Position numbers and translations under genes: made by a program | Notes under the pieces: generated by a model | What the model was told of the DNA's origin: nothing | Databases searched by the model: none | What the model saw: only the letters and a program-made list of their open reading frames with translations | In this document: positions 1-6,972 of the stretch, piece by piece | Layout: each line of letters begins with the position of its first letter | Numbering within the stretch: position 1 is the first letter of the stretch | From: an uncultured bacterium | GTDB lineage: Bacteria > Hydrothermota > UBA3073 > NMUJ01 | Assembly: GCA_965612795.1 (NCBI GenBank) | Contig: CBFDTI010000031.1 | Span: forward strand, 1-15,128 | DNA: 15,128 nt | Direction of reading: 5' to 3'

Positions 1-160
1 TCATTTTGAATTCGTCCTTTATCCCCTCAACAGCCATTCCCAAATGTGGATCGGCAAGGACTGCAAATTTTACTCGTTCAAAAACAAAACCGTCAACCCA
101 CGCAAATATAGTCAATATTCCACATACTCTTATCCACCACTTACTCTTTAATCGCTCCAT
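1..160 (-). CDS. Calcineurin-like metallophosphoesterase, N-terminal fragment (runs off the left edge), probably exported
   Basis: Not in ORF track. Manual translation from ATG at 160: MERLKSKWWIRVCGILTIFAWVDGFVFERVKFAVLADPHLGMAVEGIKDEFKM..., open to the edge. 'KFAVLADPHLG' matches metallophosphoesterase motif I (beta strand + DxH). AGGAGG SD at 165-170. Basic then hydrophobic N-terminus resembles a signal peptide or anchor. Confidence 0.8.
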   Translation of the reverse strand, partial: MERLKSKWWIRVCGILTIFAWVDGFVFERVKFAVLADPHLGMAVEGIKDEFKM

Positions 161-174
161 CTTACCTCCTAAAA

Positions 175-219
175 ATATTTAAAGAGTTAAAGAGGAGGGA
201 ATGCTCCCTCCTCTTAACT
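175..219 (-). terminator. Probable Rho-independent terminator or stabilising hairpin after the porin gene
   Basis: 11-bp perfect stem (190-200 aagaggaggga / 205-215 tccctcctctt) with a 4-nt loop, extendable with one bulge. On the minus strand it is followed by U-rich TAACTCTTTAAATATTTTT. Confidence 0.7.
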
Positions 220-253
220 ACATTGGCTGCAAGGACCTCCTCCTACATTGCCT

Positions 254-1294
254 TTACTTAAACATCACCTGTGTACGCACCTCAAACACGTTGTCCTCTG
301 ATGCAAAATAAGCGCCATCTGGATCACTGATCATCCTGTAGTCGATCATCACTTTAAGATTCTCACCGATGTACAAATTAACGCCAGGCGTTATCACAGT
401 GGCTGCACTAACGTTATCCACATCGGGTGCATAGGAGGAATAGTTGATGATGGGTTGAATCTTAACAGTTCCTATCCCCATGGCTTCTACAGGTGTTTCA
501 AATGTGTAGCCCGCCATGATATAAAAACCGCTATACTTACCCGTGTCACCCCTGGTGGTTATTATTCCATAACTACCGGCATCACCCATGTCATAACCAC
601 CACGGATATCCAAACCGTAACCTCTGTACCAAAGATCTATCCCATACAATGTACGTTCATCTATTGAATCTGCAGCACGTACGTCGTAGGCATTAACTAA
701 TTGGAGCCACCCTCCTATTTGTAGGCCTTTGAACGGAACGATATTTACCCTTCCACAGATATCTATCTTTTTATCTGGATTAACCCCAGGTGATGAACCT
801 TTGCCATTAAGTGCTGCCACTATATAAGTTAATTTTGCTTCTTCTCCTAGCTTGAAGGTACCCGCCCCTTGTATACCATAGTCAAAGAGATCACCTACTT
901 CCCATATCTTACGTGTGATGGGGTTGATCCATACGTTGAGCTGGTTGGGTGGCCAAGTCCAATACACCTCTAAGTTGGACGGGGCACAGAACTTACCAAC
1001 CCTAAGAGTGAAATATGGGGCTAAATATTTGATATCCACATATGCAAACTTTAGATGGAAAGCCGACTTCTCTTTCTCAAATGCAGGTTCGAACCTATAA
1101 TAGAGTTTACCATCGGCTAAACTACCACAAAAACGTATTCTCATCCTCCTTATGCTGAAGGTGAGTTTATTCTGCGTGTATCGGATTTCCTGCTGGATGT
1201 ACGATAGAGCTGCATCCTCGAAGACCTTCGCAGCTAGTGAGGAGACTAACACCATACTTACTACTACTATAAAAATGGGGTTAAGTTTACGCAT
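254..1294 (-). CDS. Outer-membrane beta-barrel porin, phosphate-selective OprO/OprP-like family
   Basis: Signal peptide. 'FSIRRMRIRFCG', 'LKFAYVD' and 'LRVGKFCAPSNLE' resemble the FxxRRxR / DAY / GQFKxPFxLE pattern of Porin_O_P proteins. Amphipathic beta strands and C-terminal 'EVRTQVMFK'. AGGAGG SD at 1300-1305. Confidence 0.7.
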   Translation of the reverse strand: MRKLNPIFIVVVSMVLVSSLAAKVFEDAALSYIQQEIRYTQNKLTFSIRRMRIRFCGSLADGKLYYRFEPAFEKEKSAFHLKFAYVDIKYLAPYFTLRVGKFCAPSNLEVYWTWPPNQLNVWINPITRKIWEVGDLFDYGIQGAGTFKLGEEAKLTYIVAALNGKGSSPGVNPDKKIDICGRVNIVPFKGLQIGGWLQLVNAYDVRAADSIDERTLYGIDLWYRGYGLDIRGGYDMGDAGSYGIITTRGDTGKYSGFYIMAGYTFETPVEAMGIGTVKIQPIINYSSYAPDVDNVSAATVITPGVNLYIGENLKVMIDYRMISDPDGAYFASEDNVFEVRTQVMFK

Positions 1295-1336
1295 TATTAC
1301 CTCCTCTTTCTATTTGTGAGAGACCTCTTTAAAAGT

Positions 1337-1363
1337 AAATTATTGCTTTTGAAATTTTGTCAA
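1337..1363 (-). promoter_or_regulatory. Putative sigma70-type promoter for the porin operon
   Basis: Perfect TTGACA (1363-1358), 15-nt spacer, TAATTT (1342-1337), in the AT-rich divergent intergenic region. Confidence 0.4.
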
Positions 1364-1369
1364 GTGTTA

Positions 1370-1396
1370 TTGACGATAGGCTACAGATGTTATTTT
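1370..1396 (+). promoter_or_regulatory. Putative promoter for the G1P dehydrogenase gene
   Basis: TTGACG (1370-1375), 15 nt, TG-n-TATTTT extended -10 (1388-1396). ATG at 1406 follows after 9 nt. Confidence 0.4.
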
Positions 1397-1405
1397 ATGT
1401 GGGGA

Positions 1406-2749
1406 ATGCAAATCGACGATAAAATAGATATCTACTCATTGTTGGATGAAAAGTTTAGCTGTCCTTTCTGCAAAAAAGAGCATTATATTCCCATTAAACT
1501 GATTTTTACGGGCAAGGATGCAATTTCACGTATACCTTACCTTATTTCAACACTGGTAAGGGGGAAACGCATCTTGATATTGAGTGATGAGATAACCTAT
1601 CGAGTAGCTGGCAACAAATGTGAGGAGGTATTACGGGAAGATTACCAGGTAACACCCTTAATACTCTATCCCAAGGGTACCAAAAGGGTCTACGCGGATG
1701 AAAAGTATTTACCCGAAATTTTGGCCATGGCAAAAGATAAAGATGCCATTTTAACAGTTGGTGCAGGTACAATTACAGATTTAGGCAAATACGTAGCGGA
1801 TAGTTTGAAAATACCGGTAATCTGTTTCCCCACTGCTCCATCTATGAACGCTTACACGTCGGGCGTGGCTGCTCTACTAATGGGTAAGTTAAAGGTAACC
1901 TTGCCTGTACAACCAGCTCAAGCTGTTATCACCGATATTACAATAATATCGCAAGCTCCTCTGGATTTGATAAAAGCTGGCTTCGCCGATAGTTTAGCGA
2001 AAGCTTTTGCAAATGCGGATTGGAGGATTTCTTCCTTACTTACTGGGGAAGCTTTCTGTCTCCTCCCTTTTAAAATCACCACTGAAGCGGAAAACAAGTA
2101 TATCGATAAGGGTGATGAGTTGGTTCAGCGGGATGAGAGGGTGATTTCGTCTCTGATGGAAGGCTTAAATCTTGGTGGAATTTCGATGATCATTGCTGGC
2201 AAATCGTCACCCGCCTCCGGGGGTGAACATTTAATCTCCCATTTTTTAGATATGTACGCCCATTTTAAAGGTGCAGAAATTTTCGCTTATCATGGTTTAC
2301 AAGTGGGTATTGGGGTTATAATCAGCTCTCTAATCTACGAAAAGCTGAAGGTTCTCTCTTCTCGGGAGGTAAAACATCTGCTTTCACATAGGAAAATCGA
2401 TTATGATAAGGAGATGAAATTCTTCGGCGAACATGTCCCGATAGTATCAAAGGAATTCACCAAGAAACTGCCTGTAATAAAAAGATTACCCGAGTTATTA
2501 CCTTCACTATGGGACCGGATCAAGGAAGAGGCTTTCTCTTTAGTATACGCACCTCAACAGATTGTTGAATTTCTGAGTAAAGCAGAATGTCCACTACGTT
2601 TTGATGATATAGGAGTGAATGAAGAACTTGCATATCATGCGATCACCAAAGCACGGTATATCCGTGGTAGGTTCACCATTTTAGATATTGCAGATGAGCT
2701 GGGAATATTGGATGAAATCGTGGACAAACTCCACAAGGGGAAGATATGA
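1406..2749 (+). CDS. egsA: sn-glycerol-1-phosphate dehydrogenase, bacterial AraM/EgsA type
   Basis: N-terminal 'CPFCKKEH' (AraM-like CxxCxxxH), NAD-binding 'VGAGTITDLGKY', 'PTAPSMNAYTS', 'PASGGEHLISH', 'HGLQVG', C-terminal 'RGRFTIL'. Start moved from GTG 1316 to ATG 1406 (1397 also possible) because the upstream extension overlaps both promoters. Confidence 0.85.
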   Translation: MQIDDKIDIYSLLDEKFSCPFCKKEHYIPIKLIFTGKDAISRIPYLISTLVRGKRILILSDEITYRVAGNKCEEVLREDYQVTPLILYPKGTKRVYADEKYLPEILAMAKDKDAILTVGAGTITDLGKYVADSLKIPVICFPTAPSMNAYTSGVAALLMGKLKVTLPVQPAQAVITDITIISQAPLDLIKAGFADSLAKAFANADWRISSLLTGEAFCLLPFKITTEAENKYIDKGDELVQRDERVISSLMEGLNLGGISMIIAGKSSPASGGEHLISHFLDMYAHFKGAEIFAYHGLQVGIGVIISSLIYEKLKVLSSREVKHLLSHRKIDYDKEMKFFGEHVPIVSKEFTKKLPVIKRLPELLPSLWDRIKEEAFSLVYAPQQIVEFLSKAECPLRFDDIGVNEELAYHAITKARYIRGRFTILDIADELGILDEIVDKLHKGKI

Positions 2750-2823
2750 AGGCAACTTCATAATGAGTGTCAATATGGGTCATTCCGCTTGTATACTTGC
2801 TGTTTTAAACAGAAGGGGGAAGA

Positions 2824-4200
2824 ATGGCAACAATTATAGAGAAATTATGTAAAATCGTAGAAAAAGCTGCAGTCGTCACAGAGAAGGATGTCATGGAATC
2901 CTATCTTCACGATGAAACACCTGGTTTGAAAGGAGACGCTGAGGCAGTGGTTTTACCTTCATCTACTGATGAGGTATCCCAAATAATGGAGCTTGCCAAC
3001 CGTGAGCTAATAGCTATTACACCAAGGGGAGGTGGTACAGGGCTATCAGGGGGCGCTGTCCCACAGGGTGGTATTGTGCTGTCACTGGAGAAGATGAATC
3101 GCATATTGGACATTGATGTGGTGAACTCCGTAGCGGTGGTGGAGCCCGGTGTAATCACGGGTACGTTACGCGAAGAGGTGGAGAAGCTAAACCTTTTCTA
3201 TCCCCCCGATCCTGCAAGCTTAGACTCATGTACCATTGGGGGTAATATTGCCGAAGATGCAGGTGGCGCACAAACTCTCAAATATGGTACAACCAAAAAT
3301 TACGTGTTGGGGTTAGAAGTAGTGTTGCCAACCGGTGAGGTCATATTTACAGGCGGCAAATTAATGAAGAATGCCACAGGGTATGAATTGATGCACCTTT
3401 TCATAGGTTCAGAGGGTACGTTAGGGGTTGTTACAAAGGCGATACTCAAGCTCATACCTGCGCCTAAATATCGAGTAGATTTACTTATACCGTTTACGGA
3501 ATTCGAAAATCTTAGCCGTACAGTGTTGGATATCTTACATAAACATGGTATACTACCGGCAGCACTTGAGTTTATGGAGGCCAAAGCCATAAAGGCTTCC
3601 GAACAGCATACTGGTGAAAAGCTACCATTCCCTGAAGCTAAGGCGCTATTACTTGTGGAGCTCGACGGTAATGATAGCGATCTACTCGCCAAACAGTACG
3701 AAGTGATAGGTGAGGCAGCATTGAACAACGATGCGATAGATGTACTTGTTGCGGAGGATGAACGTAGACGTGCAGATCTATGGCGTGCAAGACGTGTAAT
3801 AAGTGAGGCATTAAAGTCCACAGGTGAGGTAGCGCATGAGGATGTGGTTGTTCCTCGTAGCGAGATACCGGAGTTACTTAAATACATTGAACAGCTTGAA
3901 TCCACATATGGATTACCGATCGCAGTGTATGGGCATATAGGGGATGGTAACCTTCACGTCAATATACTGAAACGCGACATACCCGATGATGTATGGCAAC
4001 AGAGATTACCAGCTCTTGTGCACGCACTCTACTCAAAAGTTGTCTCTGTGGGAGGTAAAATTTCCGGCGAACACGGTATAGGGTTGGCTAAACGTCAATA
4101 TCTAAGTATGAGCGTAAGTCCTGAGGAGATAGCTCTTATGCGTAACATGAAGAAAATGCTCGATCCCAACAATATTCTCAACCCGGGTAAGGTTTTGTGA
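2824..4200 (+). CDS. FAD-linked oxidoreductase, GlcD/LctD family (glycolate or D-lactate dehydrogenase-like)
   Basis: 'PRGGGTGLSGG', 'FYPPDPAS...TIGGNIAEDAGG...KYG', 'GSEGTLG', 'GHIGDGNLH', 'SGEHGIG', C-terminal 'DPNNILNPGKV'. Purine-rich SD at 2811-2820. Exact substrate cannot be determined from sequence. Confidence 0.88.
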   Translation: MATIIEKLCKIVEKAAVVTEKDVMESYLHDETPGLKGDAEAVVLPSSTDEVSQIMELANRELIAITPRGGGTGLSGGAVPQGGIVLSLEKMNRILDIDVVNSVAVVEPGVITGTLREEVEKLNLFYPPDPASLDSCTIGGNIAEDAGGAQTLKYGTTKNYVLGLEVVLPTGEVIFTGGKLMKNATGYELMHLFIGSEGTLGVVTKAILKLIPAPKYRVDLLIPFTEFENLSRTVLDILHKHGILPAALEFMEAKAIKASEQHTGEKLPFPEAKALLLVELDGNDSDLLAKQYEVIGEAALNNDAIDVLVAEDERRRADLWRARRVISEALKSTGEVAHEDVVVPRSEIPELLKYIEQLESTYGLPIAVYGHIGDGNLHVNILKRDIPDDVWQQRLPALVHALYSKVVSVGGKISGEHGIGLAKRQYLSMSVSPEEIALMRNMKKMLDPNNILNPGKVL

Positions 4201-4207
4201 TGCTAGG

Positions 4208-5287
4208 TTAGCGTTTCTTCTTGCGTTTCTTTTTCTTCTTTTTCTTGGTAGGGGTGGTGTCTACCTTCTGTGGTGTGGGCAAAAGTATGCGGCCCTTTCT
4301 TTCCTCTCGGCTTGGTGTCGTAGCTTCTGTGGGTGTTTCGGCTGCTACTGCACGTTCTTCTTTTTCCTTGTAATACGCACGTCTGCGGGTTTCAGGTGAT
4401 GGAAAACGCCTTTCCCAGGCCACAACTATGGGTGACAGCACGAACAGTGACGAATAGGTACCAGTTATCACACCTATGAGTAATGCAAGTGAGAAATCAT
4501 GAATAACTTTACCACCGACTATAAACAAAGCGAGTAACACAAATATCGTGGTTAATGAGGTTATAATGGTACGTGATAACGTTTCATTTAGACTACGGTT
4601 GACGATATCTCTGAACGCAGTTTTGGGATATAGGCGTAGGTTTTCGCGTATCCTATCGGATATAACTATCGAATCGTTTATTGAATAACCGATAATTGTA
4701 AGTAATGCCGCTATTATAGCGATGGTAAACTCGCGGTTAAGTATATTAAGTATGCCAATGGTTATCAACACATCATGTATAAGTGCTATTACTGCGGCCA
4801 CCCCAAATTTATACGTGAATCGCACAGTTATGTAGAGTAGCATAATGAATAAACCACAGACTACAACCCAAAACGCACGTAACTTCAACCCCCTTGATAT
4901 AACAGCACCTATTTTCTCAACCCTCTCCATTCTTAATGGATTGTTTGGGAAACGTTCCTGTAATACTTTCTTGATGAGTTCGGGAGTTACATTTTCAGTT
5001 AGCCGGGTTCTGATGAAGAAATTATAGTCTGCTGTAACATCACGTTGTATGATAGCATGCCCTAAACCTACCTCACTTAAGGCTGCACGTATCTCCTGTG
5101 TAGTTATTAAGCTATCAAAATGCACTTCGACAAACAAACCGCCTGTAAACTCTATCCCATAGTTGAGCCCATTACGTACTACCAGCGATGTAATCCCTGT
5201 GACTATGAGGGCGAGCGAAATAAAGACCGTGAACCTCGAGAACTGCAGAAAGTCTATACTCGGTACTCTTTTTATAAATTTTACCAT
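4208..5287 (-). CDS. secF: Protein translocase subunit SecF
   Basis: 'LNYGIEFTGG', 'ALIHDV', 'IGYSINDSIVISDRIRENL', 'LSRTIITSLTT', 'GTYSS'. Directly follows secD. Confidence 0.97.
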   Translation of the reverse strand: MVKFIKRVPSIDFLQFSRFTVFISLALIVTGITSLVVRNGLNYGIEFTGGLFVEVHFDSLITTQEIRAALSEVGLGHAIIQRDVTADYNFFIRTRLTENVTPELIKKVLQERFPNNPLRMERVEKIGAVISRGLKLRAFWVVVCGLFIMLLYITVRFTYKFGVAAVIALIHDVLITIGILNILNREFTIAIIAALLTIIGYSINDSIVISDRIRENLRLYPKTAFRDIVNRSLNETLSRTIITSLTTIFVLLALFIVGGKVIHDFSLALLIGVITGTYSSLFVLSPIVVAWERRFPSPETRRRAYYKEKEERAVAAETPTEATTPSREERKGRILLPTPQKVDTTPTKKKKKKKRKKKR

Positions 5288-5288
5288 C

Positions 5289-6848
5289 TTACATCAAAAA
5301 CCTCGGTACTTTATAAAATGAAGTTATCCAATCTAACATAAACCTCGTAAATACTATGGCGGTGAAGAAGTTTGCCAATATTCCGATACTTAAGGTAATA
5401 CCAAACCCCTTAATAGGTCCAGTACCAAAGAAGTATAGGATAACTGCCATCAATAAGGTGGTGAGATTAGCATCCAATATCGTTCTGAATGCGTTACTAA
5501 ATCCTGCACTTATAGCGGTTTTTAATGTTTTACCTGCAGCTAACTCCTCACGAATGCGTTCGAATATGAGTACGTTCGCATCGACACTCGTACCTACGAC
5601 AAGCACAAGTCCTGCGATTCCTGGCAACGTCAATGTAGCATTGAATAGCGATAACACTGCAAGTATAAGGATGATATTTATAATTACCGCAATATCTGCT
5701 ATTATACCTGACAAGTGATAATAGAATACCATAAAAATAAATACCACTATCGCGCCAATATATATTGCACGTATACCCGCACGTATGGAATCACTACCCA
5801 ATGTTGGACCTACTGTTCGCTCTTCCACGATTTCGAGTGGCGCAGGTAATGCACCTGCTCGTATAACTAGGGCGAGGTCACGTGCATCTTCTATTCTACC
5901 GCCCCCCATTGTGATTTGACTTCTACCTCCGACAATACGTTCACGTACTACAGGTGCTGATTGTACTACATTATCCAGAATGATGGCGATTCTACGTCCT
6001 ACGTTTGCGCCTGTTATATCAGCCCATCTCCTACGTGCCCATGGTTTCATGTCAAGGTCGACACGTGGTTCGAGTGGGTTCTCAGCGGTCCCAATGCCGG
6101 GACGTGCATCTGAAATAGCATCACCTGTAAGTAAAACTTCCTTATCAACAAGCAGTATCTCCACCACCTTATGTCCCATACGTTCTGAGGGCTTGGAATA
6201 TAGGAACTCTTTATCTTCCGGCAATATACTGCGCACTTCTGGTAAACGAAGGTATTTATTGAAGAGGCTCGTATCTTCCACCTTTATGAACAAGCGTTCG
6301 GGTGCGCCTCTTTCAAATAGTGATAATACAGGGTTGGGTAACAACGCATAAGTGTCTGCGGTGGTGCTGAGTTCATATGCATGTACTATGCTATCAATTT
6401 TTTCGATAAGCTCCCACGTCTTTTTGCTTTCTTCCACCAGCCTAAACTGTAATTGTGCTGTTTTCTGGATTATTTCTTTAGCACGCTCCGGATCCCGTAC
6501 ACCTGGCAACTGTATAACTATGTACTCATCGCGCAATGGCATAATTTGAGGTTCGCTAACACCGAACTGGTTTATCCTATTCTCTATTATGCGTAGTGCC
6601 CTGTCACGTGCACCTTTACGCTCCTCAGGAGTGAGCTCCTCCGCTTTCACACGTAATATGAGATGCATACCGCCCTGAAGATCGAGCCCCAGATTGAGCG
6701 CCTTTCGACGTAATTTCTTGAACTCTTCTACGGGTAATGTAGCACGTTCCTCAGGTGTGAGCTTATAATACTTTATAGTGTAAGAAAATTGCCAGAGAGC
6801 CAGTCCCACCACCAACGAGATAAGGAACCCTCTTCGGCCCAATTTCAT
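5289..6848 (-). CDS. secD: Protein translocase subunit SecD
   Basis: 'LNLGLDLQGG', 'RINQFGVSEP', 'AGALPAP', 'VGPTLG', 'TLTLPGIAG', 'VDANVLIFERIREE', 'GTGPIKGF'. Confidence 0.98.
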   Translation of the reverse strand: MKLGRRGFLISLVVGLALWQFSYTIKYYKLTPEERATLPVEEFKKLRRKALNLGLDLQGGMHLILRVKAEELTPEERKGARDRALRIIENRINQFGVSEPQIMPLRDEYIVIQLPGVRDPERAKEIIQKTAQLQFRLVEESKKTWELIEKIDSIVHAYELSTTADTYALLPNPVLSLFERGAPERLFIKVEDTSLFNKYLRLPEVRSILPEDKEFLYSKPSERMGHKVVEILLVDKEVLLTGDAISDARPGIGTAENPLEPRVDLDMKPWARRRWADITGANVGRRIAIILDNVVQSAPVVRERIVGGRSQITMGGGRIEDARDLALVIRAGALPAPLEIVEERTVGPTLGSDSIRAGIRAIYIGAIVVFIFMVFYYHLSGIIADIAVIINIILILAVLSLFNATLTLPGIAGLVLVVGTSVDANVLIFERIREELAAGKTLKTAISAGFSNAFRTILDANLTTLLMAVILYFFGTGPIKGFGITLSIGILANFFTAIVFTRFMLDWITSFYKVPRFLM

Positions 6849-6854
6849 TTAATG

Positions 6855-6882
6855 AAAATAGGAGTAATCCTCACATAGTCAA
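6855..6882 (-). promoter_or_regulatory. Putative promoter giving a leaderless secD-secF transcript
   Basis: TTGACT (6882-6877), 16 nt, TATTTT (6860-6855), 6 nt, ATG (6848). No SD at canonical spacing. Confidence 0.55.
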
Positions 6883-6972
6883 TCATCGTCCCATTTTATA
6901 TATGGAGTAGATGATACCGCCCACCAATACGCCCAACGTAAAGAAAAGCGTTATCCATGCAGAAGCTGTCAT
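6883..6972 (-). CDS. 29-aa single-pass membrane micro-protein resembling MetS-family NSS transporter small subunits
   Basis: Not in ORF track. ATG overlaps the rpoC stop (TGATG at 6974-6970). Translation MTASAWITLFFTLGVLVGGIIYSIYKMGR*, TGA at 6885-6883. One hydrophobic helix with GG and a basic tail. It fills the gap exactly up to the secD promoter. Confidence 0.75.
   Translation of the reverse strand: MTASAWITLFFTLGVLVGGIIYSIYKMGR

Noticed and set aside
1316..1405. 30-aa N-terminal extension of the G1PDH ORF from GTG 1316
   Set aside because: Overlaps both divergent promoter candidates and lacks an SD. AraM-like sequence begins near the ATG at 1397 or 1406.
455..1772. Short opposite-strand ORFs 455-667, 915-1100 and 1542-1772
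   Set aside because: Antisense shadows inside well-supported genes, with no motifs or RBS
2768..2773. Minus-strand TTGACA that could drive an antisense RNA to egsA
   Set aside because: No acceptable -10 element at 15-18 nt spacing
2907..3905. Minus-strand ORFs 2907-3158 and 3300-3905 (201 aa)
   Set aside because: Ser/Thr-rich antisense in-register shadows of the GlcD-like gene
4845..6549. Plus-strand ORFs within secF and secD
   Set aside because: Antisense shadows of conserved genes, with no recognisable domains
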